Shown here: positions 37,400 through 47,208 of the stretch, piece after piece | How the letters are laid out: every line of letters starts with the position of its first letter | How positions within the stretch are numbered: position 1 is the first letter of the stretch | Assembly (NCBI GenBank): GCA_963718805.1 | Contig: CAVQZY010000001.1 | Location: 379,672 to 443,671, forward strand | DNA from: an uncultured Actinomycetota bacterium | Lineage (GTDB): Bacteria > Actinomycetota > Actinomycetes > Mycobacteriales > Jatrophihabitantaceae | Direction: 5' to 3' | DNA length: 64,000 bases | Notes under the pieces: model-generated | Seen by the model: the letters and a program-made list of their open reading frames with translations, nothing else | The model's database searches: none | What the model was told of the DNA's origin: nothing | Made by a program: the position numbers and the translations under genes

Positions 37400-37692
37400 G
37401 CGGGTGCGAGCATCGGATCGTGCCGACACCACTGCTGCGCGCCGTCGACTGCGTGATGCTGCCGGTGCCCGACCTCGGCGGCCTCGGCGAGCTCCTCGGT
37501 GTGCGCGAGCGCGTCGCGCAGCCGTGGGCGCAGCGCGGTGTCCCACTCGAGTGTCTCGTGCAGATACCACGACAGCTCGTGCAGCTGCCGCGTCGCGGTG
37601 AACGCGTCGAACGCCCGCCGGTTCCAAGCGCCGCCGAATCGGGCCGTGACCCGCTGCCCGGCGCCGACGCAGTTCGTGCAGTCGGCGCGCAA
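37400..37692 (-). pseudogene. Internally deleted remnant of a Cys-cluster/pentapeptide-repeat protein N-terminus, overlapping a VOC-like start fragment on +
   Basis: RADCTNC..GAGQRV..RQLHELSWYL on the minus strand; PLLRAVDCVMLPVPDL on the plus strand. Confidence 0.4.
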
Positions 37693-37719
37693 GTCGATCG
37701 TCGAGCGTCCTAGCGTAGG

Positions 37720-39291
37720 TCAGTCGTAGATCGCGTCGACCTGCCAGTGCGGCTGTGGGTCCATCACCCCGGAGACGAGATAGGCCCGGCCGCGGACGTC
37801 GACGATCTGGCAGCGAACGGCGCGACGCGCGTCGGCCGACCACCACCGCTCGTCGACCGGCCACGGACCGGCCCAACTGGTCACCGCGCAGATGTCGCCG
37901 GCCATCCCGAACAGCGCGGGCGGCGCCGGCATCGCGCCGCGTTCGGTGACCACCACCGGACGCCGCGCGGCGTCGAGCAACTGCGCCGGACGCGGCGGAT
38001 CGAGCAGCACCGCCGGCGCCGGCGCCGGCAGCTGTCCCGGCCACGGCTGCTCCGGCGAGCGCAGCGGCACCGGTTCGTCGCCCCACGGCACCAACCTGGT
38101 GCGTTGCCCGGGATCGCGGCCGCCGTCGAGCACCGGGGTCAGCACCGAACCGTGCCCGAGCAGGGTCTGCACCCGGGCCAGCGCCCGGGCGGCGCGTTCG
38201 TCCTGCGTGCCGGACCCGCCCCACAGCGCCTGCTGATGGGCGCCAGTGGGGACGACCTCGATCGGGACGAGGCGCAGCCGGCTCACCCCGCCGGTGGGCC
38301 GGTGGGAGCCGGACAGCCAGCCCTCCAGCTGCCAGCGCACCCGGTCCAGGACGTCGACGGTCGAGAGCACCCCGGCGTGCCGCCAGCGCCGCACCGTCTC
38401 CTCGCCGTTCTCGCTCAGTGCCTGCAGTTCCAGACAAGCGCAGGCCAACCCGTGGGCGGCGAGGTCTGCGACGAACTGCTCGGCGACCCCGCGCATGGAG
38501 AACGCGGCGGTGTCGACGCGGTCGACCGGCGGCTCGAGATCGAGGGTGACGGTGAACTCGACCGGCGGCCGCCGCCCCGACACCGGCCGCTCATCAGTGC
38601 CGCCGGCCTGGCGGTGCGCCCAGGCGCCGTCCGGCCCGAAGCGGGCCAGCACGTCGCGTGGCGGCAGTGCGGCGAACCCGCCCAGAGTGCGGATGCCGAG
38701 GCGGCGCAACAGGTCGATCAACGGCGAGGTGCCGGACGCGTCGAGCGTCTCGACCGGCAGGTCGGCGAGGAACTGCGGCGACTGCCCAGGATCGACGATG
38801 AGCGCGCGCCGGGCGGCCTGCTCGGCGGCGAAGGCGCCGTCGGCGATGCCGATCAGCAGGTCGGCGCCGCCGAGCGCCGCGATCCCGGCAACTCCGCGAG
38901 AGAGAGCATGCAGCACGCCGGTCTCGCCGCCGAAGTACCGGGTGGGCCCGCGTACGCCGATCGCGGCCAGCCCGGGCCGGGTGATCTCGACGCCGGGGGC
39001 GATGGACTCGAGCGTGGCCACCACCGGCTCGAAGACGCGCGCCTCGGCGCCCTCGTCGCGGGGGAGGACGACCAGTTGCGGGCAGTGTGCCTGAGCCTCG
39101 CGGCGGCGCAGCCCGCGCAGCACGCCCTGTCCGCGGGCGGCCTGCGAACAGGCCACCACCCGGTTGGCGGTGACGACCGCGACCGGTGCGTCGGCATCGA
39201 TCCCGGCGTCGATCCGGGCGGTGGTGACCGGCCAGTCCGGACACCACACCGCGATCCGCCGGTCGTGTTGCATCGCGTCGCCGTGTTGCAT
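37720..39291 (-). CDS. imuB: ImuB, Y-family polymerase-like mutasome subunit
   Basis: VWCPDWP, GLRRREAQ, LGIRTLGGFA and WAGPWPVDERWW. Confidence 0.92.
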   Translation of the reverse strand: MQHGDAMQHDRRIAVWCPDWPVTTARIDAGIDADAPVAVVTANRVVACSQAARGQGVLRGLRRREAQAHCPQLVVLPRDEGAEARVFEPVVATLESIAPGVEITRPGLAAIGVRGPTRYFGGETGVLHALSRGVAGIAALGGADLLIGIADGAFAAEQAARRALIVDPGQSPQFLADLPVETLDASGTSPLIDLLRRLGIRTLGGFAALPPRDVLARFGPDGAWAHRQAGGTDERPVSGRRPPVEFTVTLDLEPPVDRVDTAAFSMRGVAEQFVADLAAHGLACACLELQALSENGEETVRRWRHAGVLSTVDVLDRVRWQLEGWLSGSHRPTGGVSRLRLVPIEVVPTGAHQQALWGGSGTQDERAARALARVQTLLGHGSVLTPVLDGGRDPGQRTRLVPWGDEPVPLRSPEQPWPGQLPAPAPAVLLDPPRPAQLLDAARRPVVVTERGAMPAPPALFGMAGDICAVTSWAGPWPVDERWWSADARRAVRCQIVDVRGRAYLVSGVMDPQPHWQVDAIYD

Positions 39292-39297
39292 TGCCGG

Positions 39298-39999
39298 CTA
39301 CGACGCATCGCGATCACGGGACAGGTCGAGCACCGGCGCGAGCGGCGCGACCTCACCGATCCCACCGCCGTCGGTCGGCAGCCACAGGTCGGCCGAGCGC
39401 GGCCGGGCCGCCGTCCCGCGTCCGCCCGCGACCACCGCCACCCGTCGCGCCCGCAGCCGGCCGGTGCCGGCGCCGATACCGGCCCACGCGGTGTCACGCG
39501 CCTGCAGCCGGACGTCGGCGCCCGGCCAGTCGTCCACGTACGGCACCAGCACCGCGTCCTTGCTGCGGGCCCGGGCGGCCAACCGCCGGACGTCGGCCGA
39601 GGCCAGCCCGCCGCGCCCGCCCACCCCCCGCGGTGGGCGGGCGGCGACGATGTCGACGGCGTCGAGCAGGGCGCCCACCACCGTGGTCCACCCGGTGCCG
39701 GGCGCCGGGACGAGTGCGAGCCGAGTGAGGTCGAGGCCGTACTCGCGGGCCGCTTCGGCGCTGATCCGGGGGAACCCGACGAGCGCGCACCAGGCGCCGC
39801 CGCCGGACGCCGCGCCGAGCAGCGCGAGCAACAGCGACACCGAGCCGCTGACGCTGACCGTGCTCCCGCGCCGCAACCCGCCGGGCAGCAGGGCCCGCAG
39901 CGCCGGATCGACCGGTAGCGGGGGAGTGCTGCGGACGCCGACCTGGCGCCAGTCGACGGTCGCGCTACCGTCGGCCTTGCGGATCGCCACGTCGAGCAT
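39298..39999 (-). CDS. imuA: ImuA'-like RecA-related mutasome subunit
   Basis: LPGGLRRGS, RRLAARAR and GTGRLRAR. Lies directly upstream of imuB; start 39999 or 40008. Confidence 0.88.
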   Translation of the reverse strand: MLDVAIRKADGSATVDWRQVGVRSTPPLPVDPALRALLPGGLRRGSTVSVSGSVSLLLALLGAASGGGAWCALVGFPRISAEAAREYGLDLTRLALVPAPGTGWTTVVGALLDAVDIVAARPPRGVGGRGGLASADVRRLAARARSKDAVLVPYVDDWPGADVRLQARDTAWAGIGAGTGRLRARRVAVVAGGRGTAARPRSADLWLPTDGGGIGEVAPLAPVLDLSRDRDAS

Positions 40000-40010
40000 G
40001 CCCAGCATTG

Positions 40011-40026
40011 TCGAACAAATGTTCGA
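40011..40026. promoter_or_regulatory. LexA (SOS) box upstream of imuA'
   Basis: TCGAACAAATGTTCGA is a canonical actinobacterial TCGAAC-N4-GTTCGA. Confidence 0.92.
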
Positions 40027-40059
40027 AAGTCGTCAAGTGCACGTACGCTCGGTGCGGGC

Positions 40060-40941
40060 TCAGCGCCGTCCGGCTCCCATGTCCAGCAGGTGTTCGAGCA
40101 CAGCCGGATCGCTGCAAAGGCCGTCGTGTTCGTGCAGGTCGGCGCCGCCGCGAACGGTGCCAGGGAACGGATCTCGCGGAACATCCAGGCAAACATCATC
40201 TCGGCGGTGAACAGGACCGGCCGGGCGTCGGCGTCGAACTCGGGACGCCGCTCGTACTCGCGCCGGGCCGCCCACCCGGTCGCGGCCGCCCCCGAGCCGT
40301 AGCAGTACTCCTGCAGGGGTAGAGCACATTGTCGACGAATCCGGTCGAGAGCTCGACCTGGTACAGAAATTCCGGATGCAGTTCGTCGTCGGCCCAGGCA
40401 TCGTCGAGCAACCAGTGCACGGTCTCGACGCCGTAGCTCATTCCGAAAACCGAACCGACGGTGCGCAGCCGGTGCGGGGTGAGCACATCATCGTCGGGCA
40501 ACGTGATCGTCCGCTCCTGCAGGTGATCGACCGACCGGGCCATACGGGCCTCGTCGTGGGGTAGCGAGTGTAGAACTCGTGGCTGCGCCGCGTGACCCGG
40601 GTGAACGTGCGCGCGTAGACGTCCGCGACCGACGCGGTGAGCCCGGGGATCCCGCCGGAGACCTAACAGTGGTCGAGACCGTCCGGCGCCTGCGACAGGT
40701 AGGTGATGGTCACGAATCCGCCGTAGCTCTGGCCGAGGGTGTCCCATCGGCGCTCGCCGATGACCGCTGCGTGCAGGACCTCGGCATCGCGCACGATCGC
40801 ATCGGCACGGAACAGGCTCAGGTAGTCGGCCACCTGCCGCGGCGTCCGGTCGCGAGTGATCGCCGCGGTGATCGGGGTGCTGCGGCCGGTGCCGCGTTGA
40901 TCGAGCAGCACGAACCCGATGGGTGCGTACGCCCGAGTCAT
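40060..40941 (-). pseudogene. Fragmented prolyl aminopeptidase (alpha/beta hydrolase)
   Basis: LLDQRGTGRS, FRADAIVRD, LGQSYGG and HEHDG spread over several frames with deletions. Confidence 0.75.
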
Positions 40942-41140
40942 CGAACCCGGGCGATCAAGGCGTGCTCACGAAGATCGCGCGCGTCGGCACCCGTACCGAC
41001 GTCGACGTGCCGCTCCCGTCCGGGCTGGCTGTCGTCGGCCAGGACAAGGCGTACGTGTCGGTGTTCTCGATCGCGCCGGACACGGGTCCGGGCGCGCCGG
41101 CGGGCACGTCGGGTCAGGTGCGGCGCCCGCGCATGCAGCG

Positions 41141-42208
41141 CTACCCGAGGCGTCGGGCCGCAGCATCGAGTGCGCCTCGCGCCTCGCGCCCGAGTCGATC
41201 GACCAGTTCGGCCGCAGGGAGCGACTCGGTCAGCGGGTAGGTCTGTCCGGCCCAGAGGTGGAAGCCGCCTGCGTCGCCGCGCTCACGTGCCGCGGCGCGG
41301 ATCCCGGCAGTCAGGTGATGCACCTCGGGATACGCGCTCGGTGCGGAATCCGAAAGCGAGCGCAGGAACCGGTTCTCGATGCCGCGGGCGGTCCGTCCCG
41401 TGAACGCACGCGTCAGCGCCGTCGGCGATCGCCACTCACTGATCGCGTCGCGATGCGCCGGCGCGGTGCCGGCCTCGGGACAGAGCAGGAACGCGGTGCC
41501 GAGCTGCGCGCCGGCCGCACCGGCGGCGAGTGCGGCCGCGATCGCGGCACCGGTGCCGAGTCCGCCCGAGGCGACCAACGGCAGCGATCCGCCGACCGCG
41601 GCACGGACGAGTTGCAGCAGCGCAAGCAGTCCGACCTCGCCTGGCTCGGCGTCGTCGAAACTCCCGCGGTGCCCGCCGGCCTCGACACCCTGGACGACGA
41701 GCGCGTCGGCGCCGGCCGATTGCGCCAGCTGCGCCTCTGCCGGCTTGGTGACGGTCACCCACACCGCTGACCCGGCGGCCCGCAGCCGCTGCACGTCGGC
41801 CGCCGCCGGACAGCCGAAGGTGAACGACACGACCGGGACTGCCTCGCCCGTCAGCAGTTCGACCTTTTCGCTGAAGTGGTCGTCGTCCCAGCGCGGCGTG
41901 CCAAACGCCGCGTCGCTGCGCGCGGCCTCGTCAGCCAGGCGCTGCGCGTAGGCGGCGACCTGCGCGACACCGGCGCCGTGTCCGGGCGGGGCGAACACGT
42001 TGACCCCGAACGGCGCAGGCTCGGGGAGCAGCGAGCGCAGTTTGTTGATCTCGCCGTGTAGCACGTCCGCGGTCTTGTACCCGGCGGCGAGGAAACCGAG
42101 CCCGCCGGCGCCGGACACCGCGGCGGCCAGGGCCGGCGTCGACGGACCACCGGCCAGCGGCGCCGACACGATCGGTTGGGTGAGGTCGGCCAATGCGAAA
42201 CGCGACAT
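41141..42208 (-). CDS. Nitronate monooxygenase family protein
   Basis: APLAGG, GFLAAGYK, QGVEAGGHRG, GTAFL and LWAGQ. Confidence 0.9.
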   Translation of the reverse strand: MSRFALADLTQPIVSAPLAGGPSTPALAAAVSGAGGLGFLAAGYKTADVLHGEINKLRSLLPEPAPFGVNVFAPPGHGAGVAQVAAYAQRLADEAARSDAAFGTPRWDDDHFSEKVELLTGEAVPVVSFTFGCPAAADVQRLRAAGSAVWVTVTKPAEAQLAQSAGADALVVQGVEAGGHRGSFDDAEPGEVGLLALLQLVRAAVGGSLPLVASGGLGTGAAIAAALAAGAAGAQLGTAFLLCPEAGTAPAHRDAISEWRSPTALTRAFTGRTARGIENRFLRSLSDSAPSAYPEVHHLTAGIRAAARERGDAGGFHLWAGQTYPLTESLPAAELVDRLGREARGALDAAARRLG

Positions 42209-42299
42209 GCCTCCAGCCTGTACCCACGCGGCAACCCGACACGGTCCGTCTCCTTCGTCTCGGTCGCAGGATTTCCGACGGGCGACCCGCGAGTCAGGT

Positions 42300-42720
42300 A
42301 CGAGCGTTTGGGGCCCGGTGTCGTGCACGACCAACACCGGGCAGTTCGCCTGTTCGACCAGCGCGCGCTGACGGAGCCGGGCACGAATCCGGCGACCGGC
42401 CGCGACCACGGCTGCCGACCAGCAGGTACGCGTCCTTGCTGTGCTCGACCAGCGCAGGCCCGGCCCCCGCTGAGCGTGCTCAGCCGCAACGAGTCGGGGC
42501 GCCGCCGAGGGCATCCATGAGGGTCTGCTTGACCAACTCCTCGGCGCCGGTCGCGGGAAACCCAGTCCTCGCCGGCGATCGGCGCGACGCAGGGCGGCGG
42601 CGTCTCCCAGCTGTCCAAGACGTCGACGCTCGCGCCGAGCGGCGTCGCGAGGTGGTGGGCCAGCGCAGTGCGCGTTTCGCCGCGTCCGAACCGTCGACTC
42701 GCATCACGATGGGCTCGCCG
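42300..42720 (-). pseudogene. Universal stress protein remnant (frameshifted)
   Basis: IVMRVDGSDAAKRALRW and VEQANCPVLVVH in different frames. Confidence 0.6.
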
Positions 42721-42812
42721 GCCACCCGGCGACCATAGCGTCGCTTCCCGGACCGCGCCGAGCCAGGCAGACTTGCCGCGACCCGGACCGTTCGAGATTG
42801 ACGAGGACAGCG

Positions 42813-43172
42813 ATGCGCCGCCCCCGCTGGCAGGACGAAGGCAAGGACCCCGAGTACCAACTGTCGATGGCCAACGAGCGCACCTTCCTCGCCTGGCTGC
42901 GCACCGCGCTCGCGCTGCTGGCGGCGTCGGTGGCCGTTTCGCAACTGTTGCCCGCATTCGACCTGCCCGGTGGCCGCACGGTGCTCGGCGTCGTCCTCGC
43001 TGCGCTCGGTGCCGGCGTCGCGATGTTTGCGTACTTCCGCTGGGCCGCGACCGAGCGCGCGATGCGGCTCGCCCGACCGATGCGCTACCCGGTGAGTCTG
43101 GTGCTGCTGTCCACCGCAATGACCGGGATCGGGATCCTCGTGGTGATCTTGGTGACCGTGGGCCGCAAATGA
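42813..43172 (+). CDS. DUF202 (YidH-like) membrane protein
   Basis: MANERTFLAWLRT; 3 TM segments. Confidence 0.88.
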   Translation: MRRPRWQDEGKDPEYQLSMANERTFLAWLRTALALLAASVAVSQLLPAFDLPGGRTVLGVVLAALGAGVAMFAYFRWAATERAMRLARPMRYPVSLVLLSTAMTGIGILVVILVTVGRK

Positions 43173-43453
43173 ACCGCGACGCGGTCCGGCGCCAGACCGC
43201 GCTCGCGTGGGGACGTACGTCCCTCGCGGCCAGTGGCTTCGGCCTCGCCCTGCTGCGCCTGGGAGTCGTGCACTCCTCCGTCGGCGAGATGGTCGCCGCG
43301 GCCGGCTTGCTGCTGTGCGGTCTGCTGCTGGCCATTCGTGGGCGCATCCTCTTCGTCCGAACCGCGGCAAATCTGGCTACACCGGCACTGCGCCTGGTGA
43401 CCGCGGTGGCACTGATCGTCAGCGCGCTGATCGCCGTGGTCGCGCTGACGTGA
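43169..43453 (+). CDS. DUF202-like (YidG-like) membrane protein
   Basis: QTALAWGRT; 3 TM segments; ATGA overlap with the previous gene. Confidence 0.7.
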   Translation: MNRDAVRRQTALAWGRTSLAASGFGLALLRLGVVHSSVGEMVAAAGLLLCGLLLAIRGRILFVRTAANLATPALRLVTAVALIVSALIAVVALT

Positions 43454-43513
43454 TCGCCCGCCCGACACCACCCCTTCCTGAGTAGTGCCGCCGCCGACGA
43501 TCCACGGCAGGAT

Positions 43514-44998
43514 GTGCCCATGACCCAGACGAAGATGGCGCACCCGAGCGCAGCGGAACGACAGGCGCGCGGTCGCTCGGCACGGGAGACGACCCCGCCC
43601 TCGAGCCACACCAAGTGGGTACCGGCGGCGGATCGGCCGGATCCGATCGGGCTGCTGGCGGAGCAGGACGCTACGCGCGAGCCGGATCTGGTGCCGGTAC
43701 GGCACGGCCGGATGATGGTCTCACCGTTCACGTTCTATCGCGGCGCGGCGAAGATCATGGCCGCAGACCTGGCGCCCACACCGACCGCAGGCATGATCGC
43801 CCAACTGTGCGGAGACGCGCACCTGTCGAACTTCGGGATCTTCGGCTCGCCCGAACGCCGGTTGGTGTTCGACCTCAACGACTTCGACGAGACCTTGCCC
43901 GGACCGTTCGAGTTCGACGTGAAGCGCATGGCGGCGAGCTTCACCATCGCCGCACGCAACAACGGTTTCACCAAACCCGAGGCGAAAGAGGCGACCCTCG
44001 CATCGGTCACCGCCTACCGGGAGGCGATGGCCGAATTCGCGCAGATGCGCACCATGGACATCTGGTACGCCCACCTCGACGAGGAGGAGGTGTTGGCGGT
44101 GGTGCGCGCCGCCGCCGCGGAGCTGGACCGCGAGGCCAAGAGCAAGGGCTCGAAAGCGAAGCAGAAGGCCTACAAGAACGATGCGAACATGACGAGGGTC
44201 GCCGAGAAGAGGGTGGAGAAGCTCGCCCGCGGCGCCCGCAACCGGGACAGTCTGCAGGCGTTGTCGAAACTCGGCGAGCTCGTCGACGGCCAGTACCGCA
44301 TCGTCAGTCAGCCGCCGATCGTCGTGCCGGCGCGCGAACTGACACAGACGTACGGTATGTCGGCGGAGGATATCGACGCGGCGGTCCACACGCTGTTCCG
44401 GGCGTACCGGTCGACCCTGCAAGACGACCGTCGCCGACTGCTCGAGCACTTCGAGGTAATCGACTTCGCTCGCAAGGTGGTCGGCGTCGGCAGTGTCGGC
44501 ACGCGCGCCTTCATCGTGTTGCTGCAGGGCCGCGACGAGCACGACCCACTGTTCCTGCAGGTCAAGGAGGCCACGCGCTCGGTGCTCGAGGCCTACCTGC
44601 CGAACAGCCGTTACCGGCAGTGCGGGCAGCGGGTCGTCGCCGGCCAGCGGATGATGCAGGCGGTCAGCGACATCTATCTGGGCTGGACCAAGGGCCTGGA
44701 CGACAACCGCTTCTACTACTGGCGGCAACTGCGCGACATGAAGGCATCCGTCGAGATCGAGACCGTGAAACCTGCCGGCCTCACGGTGTACGCGAGGCTG
44801 TGCGGATGGACGCTGGCGCGGGCCCACGCGCGCTCCGGCGATCCGATCGCCATCGCCGCATACCTCGGCGACGACGACGGTTTCGACCGGTCGATCGTCG
44901 ACTTCTCCAAGCGCTACGCCGACCAGAACGAACAGGACTACGAACAGTTCGTGGCGGCGATCCGGTCCGGTCGGCTGGAGGCAGTCGAGGGGGTCTAG
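43514..44998 (+). CDS. DUF2252 family protein (kinase-like fold)
   Basis: RHGRMMVSPFTFYRG, CGDAHLSNFG, DLNDFDE and KVVGVGSVG. Confidence 0.9.
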   Translation: MPMTQTKMAHPSAAERQARGRSARETTPPSSHTKWVPAADRPDPIGLLAEQDATREPDLVPVRHGRMMVSPFTFYRGAAKIMAADLAPTPTAGMIAQLCGDAHLSNFGIFGSPERRLVFDLNDFDETLPGPFEFDVKRMAASFTIAARNNGFTKPEAKEATLASVTAYREAMAEFAQMRTMDIWYAHLDEEEVLAVVRAAAAELDREAKSKGSKAKQKAYKNDANMTRVAEKRVEKLARGARNRDSLQALSKLGELVDGQYRIVSQPPIVVPARELTQTYGMSAEDIDAAVHTLFRAYRSTLQDDRRRLLEHFEVIDFARKVVGVGSVGTRAFIVLLQGRDEHDPLFLQVKEATRSVLEAYLPNSRYRQCGQRVVAGQRMMQAVSDIYLGWTKGLDDNRFYYWRQLRDMKASVEIETVKPAGLTVYARLCGWTLARAHARSGDPIAIAAYLGDDDGFDRSIVDFSKRYADQNEQDYEQFVAAIRSGRLEAVEGV

Positions 44999-45583
44999 CT
45001 AGGAGGTCACCGAATCGAGCAACGCCAGCATCCGGTCGAGCATCAGCGCCGTCGCTGCCTGGTCGTAGGACGGCAGCGAACTGTCGGCGAAGTAGTGCTC
45101 GGTGCCGGGGTAGAGGAACAACGTCGCCTGCTCGCTCGATGCCACCAGCTCGCGCGCCGCGTCCAGGTCGCCCTCGCCGACGAAGATCGGGTCGGCGTCC
45201 ATGCCGTGCACCTGTACCGGTACGCCGACCGGCCAGCGCGACCCGAACTCGCTGACCGGCACGCACGAATAGCACAGCGCGGCCCCGAGCGCGCCCGGAC
45301 GGGTCTGTGCGAGCATCTGAGCCGGCAGCACGCCGAGTGAGAAGCCGATGTAGACGAGCCGGTCAGTGAGTTCGCTGACCGAGCGCGAACCACGCTCCAG
45401 CACGTCGCCGAAACCGAGTTCCGCCACGTAGGCCATTCCCTCGTCGACGGTGGTGAAGGTCCGACCGTCGAGCAGGTCCGGCGTGTGCACCAGATGACCG
45501 CGGTCGCGAAGCCGGTCGGCGAATGCCACGACCCCCGGCGTGAGACCCTGCGCGTGATGGAACAGAACGACGTCTGCCACCAT
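44999..45583 (-). CDS. Dienelactone hydrolase family protein
   Basis: LFHHAQG, GFSLG and YPGTEHYF. Confidence 0.85.
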   Translation of the reverse strand: MVADVVLFHHAQGLTPGVVAFADRLRDRGHLVHTPDLLDGRTFTTVDEGMAYVAELGFGDVLERGSRSVSELTDRLVYIGFSLGVLPAQMLAQTRPGALGAALCYSCVPVSEFGSRWPVGVPVQVHGMDADPIFVGEGDLDAARELVASSEQATLFLYPGTEHYFADSSLPSYDQAATALMLDRMLALLDSVTS

Positions 45584-45642
45584 GCCTCCGATCGGACCCG
45601 ACCGCCTGATCATAAGCCGAGATCCGCCGCTACCTTCTCCGC

Positions 45643-46484
45643 GTGATCGCAACCGACGACGTGGTGCCGATCGAGTTCGCGGGCGTGACCAAGCGTTACG
45701 GTCGTCGGACCGTGCTCAACGAGTTGACCTTCTCGGTTCCCCGCGGATCCTCGGCCGCACTCCTGGTGAACCGGGCTTTCGTGCCGCCGTGCGCTCGGTG
45801 GGATCGATCATCGAGGCGCGGCCGCTGTACAAGAACGCGTCGCCGTATCACAATCTCGCGATCCGGCTCGCCGCGCTCGGCAGGAGGGTCGAGCGCAGTC
45901 AGGTGAACGCGCTGATCAAACGCGTCGGGCTCGAGGAGCGAGCCGACGACCCGGTCGGCCGGTTCTCCCTCGGCATGCGGCAGCGGGTCGGTCTGGCGTT
46001 GGCGCTCGTCGGCGACCCGAGTATCGCGGTCCTGGACGAGCCGACCAACGGTCTCGACCCGGAGGGCGCGGTCGAGATCCGCAACCTGGTCAAACGGCTG
46101 CCGGACCAAGGCACGACCACCTTGATCTGCATGCACCGGCTCGACGAAATCGAGAAGACGTGCGACTACGTGGTGGTGTTGCGTGAAGGTCACCTGATCA
46201 CACAGGGCACGCTCGCCGACATCATCGCGATGGGTGGCAGCCGCGGTCACCGGATCCTGGTGCCGCACGACCAGGTCGAACGCGCTGTGCTGGTGCTGTC
46301 CGGGATGGACCTCGGTGAGATCCGCGTCATCGACGACACCATCGTCACGCACCGGCTGCTCGACGATCCCGCACGCATCACGTACGCGCTCGGCATGCAC
46401 GGCATCTACCTGCGTGGGCTGGAAACGACGCACGCCACGCTCGAGGACGCATTCCTCGAGTTCACCAGAGACGAGGCGAGTTGA
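45643..46484 (+). pseudogene. ABC transporter ATP-binding subunit with internal deletion (no Walker A)
   Basis: VTKRYG..TFSVPRGS jumps to FSLGMRQR and LDEPTNGLD; the GxxGxGKT segment is missing. Confidence 0.7.
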
Positions 46485-47202
46485 TGTTCGCCGCCGAGAT
46501 CGCGAAGGTCAAGTACCCGCCGCTGCCGCGCTGGGTAGCGCTGTTCGTCCTCGCCGCAGCCGTGATCACCGGCGCCGCGTTGATCGTCGTCGCACCGAAC
46601 AGCCCGGACAGCTATATCTCGATCCCGTCCGTGATCGTCAATCAGGTGGTCGCCATCGCGGCCTCGGTCTTCGGGGTCTGGGTCGCCGCGCTCGAATTCA
46701 GCTCCGGCACGATGCAACGCACTCTGACGGCCGAGCCCGACCGCAACCAGGCGCTGCTCGCGAAGCTCGGGGTGGCGCTGGTCGCATCGGCGCTCGTGGG
46801 CGCAGCGGCGGCTGCGACCGCCGGCGGGCTCATCAACATCGCGATCAGCCGCGCGGATTCGTCCGCCGATGTCGGCGATCTCGCGAGATCGATCTTCTCG
46901 ATCGTCCCGGACGGCATCATCTGCGCCGCGGTCGGCTTCGGCTTCGGCCTTCTCGCTCGTTCGCTGGGCGGCGGGATCACCCTCGCCCTGGCTTTCCTGT
47001 ACGTGGTCTCCGGCGTGTTGGCGTTCATCGCGGGGCTCAAGACATTTCCTTCACCGAGGCCGGTTCCGACCTGACGACATCGCTCTCGGGCAGGGGCGAC
47101 GCCGTCCACAACGGCTGGATCGGACTGCTCATCGTGCTCTGCTGGCTGGCGGGCATCCTCGTGCCCGCGTGGGTGTCCTTCCAGCGCGCCGATCTGACGT
47201 AA
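46484..47202 (+). CDS. ABC-2 type permease (frameshift near 47045)
   Basis: EFSSGTMQRTL and LLAKL; the C-terminal FQRADLT is in another frame. Confidence 0.7.
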
Positions 47203-47208
47203 GGCGAC

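Noticed and set aside
40084-40100. Possible second SOS box (CAGCAGGTGTTCGAG)
   Set aside because: Only one good half-site, and it lies within the peptidase remnant.
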